Shown in pieces: positions 14,633-27,500 of a stretch of DNA of 64,000 nucleotides. Location of the stretch: positions 77,810,001 to 77,874,000 of the forward strand of contig OX597830.1 in the NCBI GenBank assembly GCA_951406725.2. Reading direction: 5' to 3'. The DNA comes from Octopus vulgaris (Eukaryota). How positions within the stretch are numbered: the stretch's first letter is position 1; every line of letters begins with the position of its first letter. The notes beneath the pieces are model-generated. The model did not search any database. It saw only the letters and a program-made list of their open reading frames with translations, and had not been told where the DNA came from. Both the position numbers and the translations under genes were made by a program.

Positions 14633-14935
14633 GACAGCGGACAGCGATACTACAAAACACATCAGGAAAGCATTCCGCTGGGTTTTTTTTCTTCCATTTT
14701 TTAATATTTCCTCCCCTTCCTTGTTTGTGGCATTTACCATAAGGGTGTTTCCAGTGTAAGACAAAAATGTTTGCGTTAGATAAGTGGCCAACTGGGACCT
14801 TAAGTATATTTATTTATTTATTTATTTATTTTGATCCCTAAAATGTAGTGGGAGCTGAAACAACCTAAAATGCTCCTTCCGTCATGTCTATACGTTTTAT
14901 AAAGTCAATGAGCCGGAAATCCGAAATTGCACCTA

Positions 14936-14966
<31 letters not shown>

Positions 14967-15389
14967 TTGCGGGAACAGATATATCATCTGTGTGTGCATG
15001 TGTGTACACCAAATATATATGTACGTGTCTGTGTGTATTACATGTATTAATATAAGTATAAGTATACTTGTGTGTGTGTGTGTGTGTGTGTGTAAGTATA
15101 TATACGTTTGTATGTATGTGCATATGTATACATTCGGATATATGTGTTCACCCATATACATATATATACTTATACATGTATATATATACATATATTTACA
15201 TATGTTTGTGCAGTCGTATATATATATATATATATATATACTTAGATACAGAGTCATATACATAAGCATATCTTTATACTTGTTCTAATATATACATATG
15301 AATGCTTGTATATATATATATATATGCAAATGTGCTTATATATACATATAAACCATACAGGCATATATATATATTCTTCTTCCAAGTAA

Positions 15390-15475
<86 letters not shown>

Positions 15476-15947
15476 CAGACACACACATACACACAACTGG
15501 AACATGTGGTGTAATATTATTTTGATGTAATAAATATGTATTGGGTTACAATTTGAACTGCTATTTGTTATTTGTATTTTTGTTTCGTTTTTAGGGTCTT
15601 TTTTTTTCTTCCTCTCTGCTTCCTCTCTGCTTCTCTTACTGACGTTTCGGTTTGATCGGAAGCCATGGATTTTATTTATGCTTTTATTTATTATAATTTT
15701 ATAATAATACTAATTTTCTTTTTTTTTTTTTATGTTCCATCTCTTCTTCCATTTCATGTGTTTAGGCGTGGCTTTGTGGTTAAGCAGTTCGTTTCTCGCA
15801 GCACGGCAATTTTGTGTCTTCTTTTAGCTCTACTGATGGCTTGGAATTACTACACGGAAATTGTACCAAAGACCCATCGCCTCAGTCTATCTGCCACGCA
15901 ATCTGTTTGTCCGTCGTCTCTTTCTCTTTTTCCGCGTACATATATGT

Positions 15948-16020
15948 CAGAGGTTCTCAAACTTTTTGGGCCACCCTGCACCCTTCATGACCAAATAATA
16001 CCCTGAGCGCCCCACCCCTA
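15948..16020 (+). mobile_element. hAT-type MITE end fragment
   Basis: Begins CAGAGGTTCTCAAACTTTTT, typical Charlie/hAT TIR; the other end was not found. Confidence 0.45.
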
Positions 16021-16203
16021 TTTACGTATAAATAAATATTTTATGTTTTTACTAATTTATATATACTATGAATCATTTGATATTTAATATAATATTATAT
16101 AATTTGTATATATATAAAAGAATTTATTGAAATTTGAGATTCAATTGAATTAGGTACTTACGTTGAATCAACAAGTCAGTCTGTATTATCACCACAGCTC
16201 GAA

Positions 16204-16321
<118 letters not shown>

Positions 16322-16696
16322 TATAAAGACTTAAAGACTGTATAATTGTAAATAAATCATAATTATAACGGGGAGGGTTGCAAAAACCCGTACATGTCTA
16401 CAAATAGCAGTCAAAAACGCTGTAAAGCCACTATAACCACTCATATTGTATCTCTTCACAATAAAAGCTCTCGGCAGGCGACATGACATAAAATTCAAAA
16501 CTTAAATCAAAATAAAGCTTTACTCTTCGCTTGCAATTTCGGAGTTAGGAACCAAAAAGTTTCCGCTCTTCTCATACGCTTAAAATCGATACTTTTGTTA
16601 ATTATCTCCGTGTTATATAGATCAGTTCTTTTTAATAATATTCGAAATTTTCTATTCTGAGTTGAAACTGGATCTTTTTTTTTAACTTCTCATGAT

Positions 16697-16731
<35 letters not shown>

Positions 16732-16798
16732 TTTGTGTATTCATTTATTTTGTAATTTCTAATCTTCTCACGTACATTACATATTGATTCGTTTGCAG

Positions 16799-16863
16799 AC
16801 TTCTGGGTCTGTGAACTTTTACCTACTCAACATCAACTTGAATATTCTTTTACTAATGGAGAG
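16799..16863 (+). CDS. Weak candidate exon (65 nt, xFWVCELLPTQHQLEYSFTNGE)
   Basis: CTAAT branch-like site ~35 nt upstream, TTTGCAG acceptor, open phase-1 frame; donor GAG/GTGTAT is weak. Confidence 0.25.
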
Positions 16864-16895
<32 letters not shown>

Positions 16896-16899
<4 letters not shown>

Positions 16900-17090
16900 T
16901 GCCATGATAGATCGTTAGCTACTACACACATTTTTTTCTCACCTTGTTTTTTTTCTGTGTCCCTTTCTGTAGAAGAGCGAAGGCTCGAAACGTAAAAGAC
17001 TTTTTCTATTCCTGAGCGATATACTAAAACATTTGTTTGTTTGTACACCGCCTGCCTTCATCTTTTGTTTATTTCCATAAACTTTCCGTT
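16896..17090 (+). mobile_element. HHR-bearing mini-element family G, flanked by (TA)n on both sides
   Basis: Homologous to 17581-17775 and 63574-63768. Confidence 0.85.
16963..16998 (+). ncRNA. Minimal type-I hammerhead-like motif, CUGUAGA core
   Basis: CUUU-CUGUAGA-A-GAGC-GAAG-GCUC-GAAACGUA-AAAG; stems I and II pair. Confidence 0.65.
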
Positions 17091-17580
17091 TATATATATA
17101 TAAATATATATATTACTCATAAAATACAGTGTACATTTAAATACATAAGGAATCCACTCGTGGGATTCAACACGCTAGAAAGAACAGCTAGGTTCTACAA
17201 CCACAAAATTAGGGATAAAATTTGACAGGAACAAAATGAAAAAATAAAACCTCCTACCATCTAGTTTCGTGGACCAACTGGTTTCTGATTTTAGTTTAGC
17301 AAATAAATAATATTCGCCAGGTGAAATCTTCTTCAACAAGTACACCTTAAATTAAATATATAAAACACGAGGCAACCAACTATGTGCCTCTTGTTTATAC
17401 ATCCAAAATTTTTAAAAATCTACTGCGTAGACGCAGTAGATTTATGTGTTTAAAAGAACACTGTATTTTATGAGTAATACATAGTCTTTGGACTAAATTT
17501 GTACGCCGGGCTACTGGAAGTGAAAATTTCTATTAATTTCCATTTCCCTTCGATATGATTAAGTATATATATATATATAT

Positions 17581-17775
17581 AACGGGAAGCTTACGAAAAT
17601 AAGCAAAAGACGAAGGCAGGTGGAGTACAAACAAACAATTGTATTAGTATGGCGCTCAGGAATAGAAATAAAACAAGTCTTTTACGTTTCGAGCCTACGC
17701 TCTTCAACAGAAAGATTCACAGAAAAGAAACACGGAGAGAGACAAGGAGAGAAAAAAATGCGTGCAGGAGCTAGA
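17581..17775 (-). mobile_element. HHR-bearing mini-element family G
   Basis: Reverse-complement homologue of 16896-17090. Confidence 0.85.
17679..17714 (-). ncRNA. Minimal hammerhead-like motif, CUGUUGA core
   Basis: CUUU-CUGUUGA-A-GAGC-GUAG-GCUC-GAAACGUA-AAAG. Confidence 0.65.
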
Positions 17776-18149
17776 CAATATTAAAAATGAGGATAACTCC
17801 GAAGTAGCAATAGCATAACTTTTAATTCTATAATTATATACTGCCTTTTAAGACCAACAAATGTTTTAATTGCACTGATTGGTAATCGTTGCAATTGCAA
17901 CCCAACAGGGCCTTAACTTGATATCCCTCGATGGCCGTTTAATAATTTTTCCGTTTATAAACTCTGCGTTGTATAATGTAAAGTTATCCGTTAGGTCGGA
18001 CGCGAGCAATCTCTATTTCAAGTTGTTAATGGATAATCATTTTTATAATCTACCATTTCAAGACCTTGTACAGTTTAAATGATAATTACTCATTTATATT
18101 TGGCAAGTGTAAATTTCCTCGTGTGCAAACATCTGAATGTTTGCTCCTA

Positions 18150-18552
18150 TCTAGAATTTATTTCTATTGAAATATACTGTCTACGTTTCAATTAATTCTG
18201 GAAATTTTGAAGAATTAATTAAAATAACTTTGCCTCTATTAGGTTGGCATTTGGTATTTACATTAACATGATATTTCGATGGAGTCTTAATTTATATAAC
18301 TTTAATCATAATCATATTCTTACTACACTTCTGATGAAATACACTGCCTTTGTTTGAGTTAATCTTCAAAATAATGAAACATTTGGTAAAATAACTTAGT
18401 TGTAATTAAGTTTGCTCTTCGACAACTAAGTTGGTTTTCATGACAAAATAAATAACGAGAAATTTTCACGGAAAGTTTTCATTTGGATTAAATTATGACA
18501 TGGAAGTAAGAACCAGGGTCTGTCTCGGGTGGGTTGGCATATAAACGAATAA
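18150..18552. mobile_element. Old MITE-like repeat with internal duplication
   Basis: AAATA(T/C)ACTG..AAAATAACTT segment occurs twice (18171, 18337); end resembles a TTAA-type MITE terminus. Confidence 0.35.
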
Positions 18553-18756
18553 TATCTACGCAATTTTGAAAGTTCTTTAGAATACAGTGTTTGCAAAGAA
18601 AGGCTGTATAGTCAAAGTTAGAATACCATTACGCATAGATATACTCAATCAGGGTTGACGTGGAGCTAAACAACCGAAATCCAACGTCGGTTGCTTTGTT
18701 GTTTCGTCATTAGTTTTGGTATAAGTAGTTTGTTTTTGTTGCTGATGCTGTTGTTG

Positions 18757-19257
18757 TTGTTCTTCTTCTTCCAGTCAGGACTCACGCCATTAGCCACAAA
18801 GAATAATCTCTAATTCGAGCCTACTCTAAGCTACTAAGAATGCGTGTGACAACTTGAAGATCCACCCACCACACGCGATCGACTGGTGGTTGCACAGGCG
18901 CGAAAGCCACGTTGTTATCCTCATTCTGTAAACGGTGGATTTTAACGGGTGGAGAGCTGAACCATCCTGGGGTACAGACGATTTGCAATCTAGACTAGGG
19001 TCTGAAAGTTTTACCACACCATAGTGGGTTACACCATGGTTCCTCTGCTTTGTGTCAGAAGTAGGAAGTAAGAGTGAGAGAAAGTTGTGGTGAAAGAGAA
19101 TAGCGGAGTTCACCACCCCACCCCACCCCACGCCGAAGCCTCGTAGAGTTTAGGTGTTTTTGCTCAATAAACACTCACAATATCCGGTTTGGGAGTCGAA
19201 ACCGCGTTCTTAGGACCGCAAGTCCGCTGCCCTAACCACTGAGCCATTGCGCCTCCA
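18757..19257 (-). mobile_element. tRNA-derived SINE family D with tail T3; 15-bp TSD
   Basis: Head GGAGGCGCAATGGCTCAGTGGTTAGGGC (A box) plus B box; TSD CTGATGCT(G/A)TTGTTG at 18742-18756 and 19258-19272. Confidence 0.9.
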
Positions 19258-19297
19258 CTGATGCTATTGTTGTGTTCCATAGCGCAGTTCACTGTGG

Positions 19298-19750
19298 GAA
19301 GGTTTATGCTGAAAAGCTTTCCATTTATGACCATCGCATCTTTTTATGCCCAACGAGTATACATTAGCAAATGTGTTTCCTGTAGTTAAAGATAGTAGGG
19401 TCTGATATAACAGAATTTTGCTTCTGTCATTGGTCAATTTACATAGAGGTCTATGCTGAAAAGCTTTCCATTTAAGGCCATCGCACCTTTTATGATCAAC
19501 AAGTACACATCAGCAAAGGTGTCTTTTTTATTAGGTTGTAGAGTGTCATGTGACAGAATTTGGTTGCTATCGTAGGTCAGTTTACATTGAAGTCTATGTT
19601 GAAAAAGCTTTCCGTTTATGACCATCGCCTCTTTTTATGATCGACAAATATACACTAGGAAAAGTATCTTTCTTATATTTAAAGATAGTAGGGTTTGATG
19701 TAACAAGAATTTGTCTGCTATTTCTAGCTTGTCAACCAACTACATAGAAG
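19298..19750. repeat. Diverged tandem repeat, ~145-bp unit x3, related to old SINE-like family I
   Basis: TATG(C/T)TGAAAA(A)GCTTTCC recurs at 19305, 19452, 19595. Confidence 0.85.
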
Positions 19751-19823
19751 CACTATCGTTTGGTACGTCAGCATTTTGTTTTTCGGAGGTGGTTAAGAAC
19801 AGCGCTAATAACATCATCAACAG

Positions 19824-20061
<238 letters not shown>

Positions 20062-20942
20062 CTCAACTGTGGATGAGACTTGTGAAACTCAATAGTTGTG
20101 TTAGAAATTGAAATGAAACAATGAGAGAGTTGGTTCCCGTAGCCATCATCTTCTTTCCATCGAGAGAGAGAGAGAGACAGAGACAGAGAAAGAGAAAGAG
20201 AGACAGAGAGTGATTAGGGGAGAGAGAGAGAGAGGACAGCGAATTGGTGTAAGTATTAAATTGTAATAATAGAACACGTGAAGCCACGTGATGTCTGAAG
20301 CTTTTAGCGACACATCTGCTCGCAACATTTTGCCAGCAGGATCACACGATCGTGTTGCGTTTAACAAGATGAGTACTTTATATCCATACACACACACACA
20401 CATATAAATCTGTACTTATGTGTGTATGTGTAATATATGTGTGTATGTAGCGTGTGTATGTGTATATATACACATACATGCTTATACACGTCTCTCTATC
20501 AATGGCGCTTTTTTAAACATATCTATATGTTTATACTTCTATTTTTCTCTATATATATCTACGAATCTCTCACGCTAGATAGTTATCTCTCGTTTTACGT
20601 GTGTGTGTGTGTGTCTGTGTGGGTGTGTGGGTGTGTGCGTCCGTGTGTGCATGAGTGCGTATGTATCTATATGTAAATGCATTTATATATATATATATAT
20701 ATATTTATACATATATATACGGGATAATATACACATATACACGTATATGTATATACACATGCACACAAACTCATATATGCACACATTTACGTGTCTTCAT
20801 ATACGTGTGTGTGTGTACATATATAGACATATGTGTGTGTAAATATCTATGTGCATAGATTTATTTATATATATATATATATAAATATGTATGTATATAT
20901 GTATATATATGTATATATATATATACATGTATATATATATAA

Positions 20943-21061
<119 letters not shown>

Positions 21062-21406
21062 CCGTTCTGTGTGTGTGCGCGTCTCTTCTGGGATCTCGGG
21101 CATCCTCCATCCGATTACGCTCAAATTTGATATGTAGATACCGATGGTATCAGGGCGTGTATAAGTCTTGAAAAATTTTTAAAATCGATTCCAGGTGAGA
21201 ATGCGATCGATAAAGCCGTGGGAACTTGCATTTGTACGCGCAAGTACATCAACTGTTGCGATCGATATCTTTATTTCTTCTTTTGCTGGTATCTCAAATT
21301 TATGTTAAATCAGTGTTTCTCAAAGGGGAAGCCTATTTGACGGTCGGACAAGTTGTTTAAAGAAAATTTGGTTTAAATGTTTGACAACTCAGCACCGTCC
21401 AATTTG

Positions 21407-21477
<71 letters not shown>

Positions 21478-21895
21478 ACGCAAGCATATATATTTGTATT
21501 TAAACTATGTATATATAATAGTATATCATACATATACTCATTATATATACATAGTTTAAAATACAAATAATATATACTTGCGTGTATGTGTGTGTGCATC
21601 TATGTATATGCACGCACATGCAGATATATAGTGTGTATAATCGCTTTCGCGAAACATTTGCTATTATTACTAGTACATGACCCGTCGTTGTATGCACGAC
21701 CTATTTTCTTTGAAATATAGGTATATATTCAACAAAGAAATATGCAAAAGAAAGTTAAAACATCATTGTGATAATAGAAACTTTTAATAGAACTAAATAC
21801 GTATTACATTTTACCTTCTTCATTTCTGAAGAAATATGAATAACTCCAGATTCATATTTCTGTTTGGTTCTCGTTATGAGTAATTTCGTTTAAAA

Positions 21896-22640
21896 CACTG
21901 GTGCTGAACCGGCGTCCAGATGGACCCTGACGATCCATATAAGATTTTTTGATGTCCACCCAACAAAATAGTAAATTGGGGATCTACAATAGTATTTCAA
22001 GGGCCTCTGGAAACAGTTTAGTTTAGGTGTATGCATTGGTATGTGTTACGGAGGCGCAATGGCCCAGTGGTTAGGGCAGCGGATTCGCGGTCGTAGGATC
22101 GCGGTTTCGATTCCCAGACCGGGCGTTGTGAGTGTTTATTGAGCGAAAACACCTAAAAGCTCCACGAGGCCCCGGCAGGGATGGTGGTGATCCCTGCTGT
22201 ACTCTTTCACCACAGCTTTCTCTCACTCTTACTTCCTGTTTCTGTTGTACCCGTATTTCAAAGGGCCGGCCTTGTCACTCTCTGCGTCACGCTGAATATC
22301 CCCGAGAACTATGTTAAGGGTACACGTGTCTGTGGAGTGCACAGCCACTTACACGTTAATTTCACGAGCAGGCTGTTCCGTTGATTCGGATCAACCGGAA
22401 CCCTCATCGTCGTAACCGACGGAGTGCTTCCAGGTATGTGTTGCAATATTCAGCTAGGTTTCTTTCTCTAACATTTTACATAGTTCAATCTAGACGAGTT
22501 AATGTGTGAAAATTAAAATAGGAATTTCGAAAGAAGTATCTGTAAAATTAATTTTAAAACATCGAATGGCTATCGGGATCCACCACTAATCAAAGGGGTC
22601 TATGGACAAAAAAAAAAAAAAAAATGTTTGAGAGCCTCTG
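21896..22640 (+). mobile_element. hAT (Charlie-like) MITE interrupted by a SINE
   Basis: Ends CACTGGTGCTGAACC...TTTGAGAGCCTCTG; 8-bp TSD GTTTAAAA/TTTTAAAA; uninterrupted homologue at 61395-61730. Confidence 0.75.
22050..22432 (+). mobile_element. Full-length SINE family D with tail T1 (OR1/OR2-like); 12-bp TSD
   Basis: A box TGGCCCAGTGG, B box GTTTCGATTCC; TSD GGTATGTGTT(A/G)C at 22038-22049 and 22433-22444. Confidence 0.92.
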
Positions 22641-22750
22641 TTTTAAAATAATAAATTTCCCATTTTCAACAATGGTAAATGAGAAAGTTAACTAAAAGTT
22701 TTTAACGATTTCTTTCAGAACTCAAAAAAGTTCACTGTGAGAGAGAGAGG

Positions 22751-22785
<35 letters not shown>

Positions 22786-22828
22786 GGAGAGAGAAAGAGA
22801 CAGACAGGTGGGGGAGATACTGTTATTA

Positions 22829-22872
<44 letters not shown>

Positions 22873-22877
<5 letters not shown>

Positions 22878-23289
22878 CTTTATTGCCCACAGAGGGCTAA
22901 ACACAGAGGGAACAAACGAGGACAGACAAACGGATTAAGTCGATTACATCGACCCCAGTTCGTAACTGGTACTTATTTAATCGACCCCCGAAAGTATGAA
23001 ATTCAAAGTCAACCTCGGCGGAATGTGAACTCAGAAAGTAAAGACGGACGAAATACCTATTTCTTTACTACCCACAAGGGGCTAAACACAGATAGGACAA
23101 ACAAGGACAGACAAACGGATTAAGTCGATTACATCGACCCTAGTGCGTAACTGCTACTTAATTTATCGACCCTGAAAGGATGAAAGGCAAAGTCTACCTC
23201 GGCGGAATTTGAACTCAGAACGTAACGGCAGACGAAATACGGCTACGAATTTCGCCTAGCGTGCTAACGATTCCGCCAGCTCGCCGCCA
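22873..23289 (-). mobile_element. SINE family B dimer (head + 2 tandem ~180-bp units)
   Basis: Unit repeated head-to-tail; head GGCGGCGAGCTGGC at ~23288. Confidence 0.92.
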
Positions 23290-23926
23290 TATACTGTTAC
23301 TATATATGTGCGAATATGACATTTGCGTGTGTCTGTGCTTGTGTGTACCTGCATTTATATATATCTAAGGGTGAATAAAAATACACAGAAAGAGTAAGAT
23401 AAGTAGAGAAAACCGGAAGTTTGGAAGAGGACCGGAAGTCGCGTAACAAATCAACAGACTTCACAATTAAGGCGTCGAGATGACAGTATGTATGGTTAGA
23501 GCGTTAAAAAATTGCCTTGCGGCATTACTTGTGCAATTTCAGGAATTTTGATCGTTACTTGTAATAACGATGGCGAAAGACAGATAAGCGTACGGTGTAT
23601 TCTATATGATTACGGATGGATGTGTGATCAGATTCTGTTGTAGCCACTGCAGAATGGAATGAAATGATGGAATGCACTTGTTTCAACGCTGATGATCTTA
23701 CACTGCTGACTAGGCTTTAAGCATGTTTTGGCCACAGTAACTTTTGGAGCTGGAGGTAAACACATACACTTCACGAAGGTACGCCACCTTGAAGACTGTA
23801 GTTGAGTAAATCAACCCTAGTACTTATTGTTAAGTTTGGTACTTATTCAAATGGTCTCTTAGGTCAATACACTAGCTTAAGGGAAGGTAAACAATCTAAC
23901 ACCGGTTGTGTGTGTGTGTGTGTGTG

Positions 23927-23990
<64 letters not shown>

Positions 23991-23991
<1 letters not shown>

Positions 23992-24096
23992 TGGCCTACT
24001 CGCTTAGCCAGCGGAGTGGCGTCAGTTGAAGGCTAAAACAATGCAAAGCGCATTGTCACCAGCGATGTGTAACATCTGATAGCCTGGTCGGTCATG

Positions 24097-24100
<4 letters not shown>
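23991..24100 (+). mobile_element. ~110-bp repeat family H embedded in (TA)n
   Basis: Homologous to 25537-25655 with the same boundaries. Confidence 0.85.
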
Positions 24101-24150
<50 letters not shown>

Positions 24151-24641
24151 TTTCCATCTGGACGTGGAGGTTATGTTAGAAGCCAGAATATTTGGCTATT
24201 TCCCTTACGAGGATCCCTCATAAGCACCTGTGGTGCATAACAGCGCTTGTAATTATATCGTTGACAGACGATAACCGTTTGTTACTAACGCTGGAACTGC
24301 CAGATCACGAGATTTCACCCTGCTATGAGGTCATCAGTGATAGATGTCCAGCAGCGGCATATACAGCCTTGATATATATATTTGAAAATACATATCAGTA
24401 TTAACGCATACGAGTGTATGTGACCGACGACAAGTAGGCGATGTCGTTAGGGGTCTCCGGTAGAATCTTTTCAGTATTCTATCCGGGAGTTCAAATATCA
24501 AACGTCGTCAATGGCCCAGGGTCTTTAACAACATTTCAAGGTATACAAATTAATGGCCTGAATTGTAGCTCAAACAGTTGAATATGGACTTGAGACAAAA
24601 CCATAAAGTACTCGGAGAGGGTTGTTCACTGAGATATGAAT

Positions 24642-25000
24642 ACATGGCTGAGTGGTTTAGAAGCTCACTTTTCCACCATGTCGTTTCGGGTTCAATCCCA
24701 CTCTGCGGCACTTTGAACAAGCATCTGCCATAGACCAGGTCCGCGCAGTTACTAGTGAGTGAACTCTATGAAAGACCGTCGTGTTTGCATATTCGTCTGT
24801 GTATCTGTACGCGTCTTATTGTGTGTCTCTGTCCCCACCCCACCTCACCCCACATACACACACTTGCTTCTGCTTGATATCCGGTGTTGGTCTGATTAGA
24901 AACTGTGACTTAGCAGTTAAGCCATAGAGAACGATAAAATAAAATTAACAAACCCATCAATGCGGTATCCTAATATAGCCGCAATCCAATGACTGAAATA
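24642..25000 (+). mobile_element. Old diverged SINE family A
   Basis: TGGCTGAGTGG A box, GGTTCAATCCC B box, 3' CAATGACTGAAA. Confidence 0.75.
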
Positions 25001-25536
25001 AAAAAAAATAACATAAACTAAATTATATTAGGGGGCTATCCCCATAAGTTGCACTTTTTGGTCCGAATTAATCATTATACTAATGGTATTTTTTCTCTTC
25101 ATTACGGATAGAAATTTTAATTAATTAAAAAAGTTCTTGAAGCCACTTTATTAATTAAGTTGAATCGAGTTCTTCTCCATGCATGTTTTTGTGATTTTAT
25201 TGTATATATATATATATATATATACATATAATCTGTATGTGTATGTGCATGTGTATATAAGCGAATATGTGTGTGTGTATGTGTGAATATGTATATATAT
25301 GCGTGCATGTATATATGTGGAAAGGGAAGGGGGTATGCGTTGTTGTATGCATGGTTGTATAAATGTATATATGTTCGTATGTACATAGAAAATGAGTGTG
25401 TGTGTACATACGTTGACGTAGATATGTATGTGTCTGCATCTCTTGCCCTCTATCCCACTGTCCCTATCTATTCTATCAATATTCATATATAAGAACTTGT
25501 TTTTACACAGCATATATATATATATATATATATATA

Positions 25537-25655
25537 TTGACCTGCTCGCTTAGCCAGCGGGGTGGCGTCATTCGAAGGCTAAAACAATGCGAACGCATTG
25601 TGACCAGCGATGTGTAACAACATTTGATGGTCTGGTCGGTCGCGTGATCACGTGA
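25537..25655 (+). mobile_element. Repeat family H, second copy
   Basis: TTGACCTGCTCGCTTAGCCAGC...GGTCGCGTGATCACGTGA. Confidence 0.85.
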
Positions 25656-25718
25656 TAGATATATATATACATACATACATACATACATACGTACATACAT
25701 ACATACATACATACATAT

Positions 25719-25962
25719 AACCACACGTGGACGGTCGGCGATTTTCCCTTTTCCTTCTCCTCTATTCTTTTCCATCCCTCCTTTCCGACGAAGAGCCATG
25801 CTCGAAACGTTAGGCACTCCCTCCTTTCACCGAAAGTCAAGCTAATATAATTCTTGTGCACTTCCTCACGTTCGTTTCTTTTCTCAATGTTTTTCTCTTT
25901 TTGTTTTTTTTTTTCTCATCGTGTTTTATATATTTTTTTAATTGTTTGTTCGTTGAGTTGAC
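25719..25962 (+). mobile_element. Diverged HHR-bearing mini-element related to family E (motif 25782-25814)
   Basis: UUU-CCGACGA-A-GAGC-CAU-GCUC-GAAACGUU-AGG; same layout as 56506-56718; ends in (TA)n. Confidence 0.75.
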
Positions 25963-26427
25963 TATATATATATTATATTATATTATTATTTAATTGAACG
26001 CCACGCATCCATTTCTCTTAACCTTTTTGATGCAACTCTAGTCTATACTGTTTTCTTCCTCCATCCTTCTCTCATTACCTGTTTCTCCCCTTCACCGTTT
26101 TCTGTCTGTCTGTCTCTCTTTACCTTCTTCTTCTTCTTCTTCTTCTTCTTCTTCTTCTTCTTCTTCTTCTTCTTCTTCTTCTTCTTCTTCTTCTTCTTCT
26201 CTCTCTCTCTCTCTCTCTCTCCATATATATATATGTATGTATGTATGTATGTATAGATAGATAAATACATGTATGTATGCATGCATGCATGTATGTTTGT
26301 ATGTGCCAATCAATCAATGTTTATGTGGCAGAATCGTTACAGCATCGGCGAGAATACTTAGTAGTATTTGGTCTGGTCCTCTTTAAGTTCAAATCCTTCG
26401 GAAGTCAAAGTCTGTATTTCATTATTG

Positions 26428-26605
26428 CAAATTTTGGCACAGGGCCAAAATTTCAGGGGAATGTGTATGTCGAGTACATAGACCTCCGGAGTTCAACTGG
26501 TACTGATTTATTTATGGACACCGACAGGATGAAAGTCGACCTCGGTGGAATTTGTACTCAAAAAGTAAAGACGGACGAATTGCCGCTATGAATTTTGTTC
26601 GGCGT
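26428..26605 (-). mobile_element. Diverged SINE family B
   Basis: AGGATGAAAGTCGACCTCGGTGGAATTTG...GACGAA. Confidence 0.7.
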
Positions 26606-26639
26606 GTTCTATTAATCTTGTTTGCATTACCAGACCTAT

Positions 26640-26727
<88 letters not shown>

Positions 26728-26762
26728 CATAGATAGATAGATAGAAGATAGAGATGATAGAT

Positions 26763-26800
<38 letters not shown>

Positions 26801-26813
26801 GTAGAAGATAGCG

Positions 26814-26846
<33 letters not shown>

Positions 26847-27039
26847 GCTAAATAAGGACATGTGTTAAACGTTAACATGACGCTGTGGTGGTGGTGGTGG
26901 TGGTGGTGGTGGTAGTGGTGGTGGTGGTGGTGGTGGTGGTAGTGGTGGTGGTGGTGGTGGTGGTGGTGGTAGTGGTGGTGGTGGCGGCGGCAGCGGTGGT
27001 GACCATGGATACCGTCGTAATTATTGTTGTTGCTGTTAT

Positions 27040-27500
27040 ATAAGCCGAGGCGAACTACGATACAGCCAACATATGGCGAAATGCGTTCCAGCCGTGACCA
27101 TTCCGTGTTTTAGTCAGCATATCCCAGCCTACAGTCACACCAGATACGAAGCATGCATGGATAGAACGAGATTTGGCTGATATTCCAACTGGATCGAGCG
27201 ATCAGATAAGTCCATGGGTGTGGGGTGGTAGCGGTGCTCGTCGTCCTCGGAGGGGATGGTCATGTTTGTAGTATTTAATATTCGCAGTGGTTGTTGTCAC
27301 TCTCGTTTTTAAACCTAAGCCACCATTGATCAGATATTTCCATGATCAAATTTGCTCCAGCCGTAACTTGTCCGTCTTTCTCCTGTCTCCAGAAATGCCC
27401 AGACGACATCCAACATAACTCTTTCTAGGACGTTACAATGTGTTATGAAGATAAATTGGTTGCTATTTCTAGCAAGCCGAGCGACCAAATGGAATAGTTT
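27040..27500 (-). mobile_element. Two old copies of SINE-like family I
   Basis: TCCAGCCGT(G/A)AC...ATT(T)GG(C/T)TG(A/C)TATT..AG(C)..CGAGCGA motif twice; related pieces at 18600-18675, 41065-41135, 46850-46990, 59410-59600. Confidence 0.55.

Noticed and set aside
21669-21702. Second Helitron 3' end (hairpin + CTAG on minus)
   Set aside because: No matching 5' end or second copy found
22050-22125. tRNA gene
   Set aside because: A/B boxes are present but the sequence continues into a SINE body with TSDs; it is a tRNA-derived head
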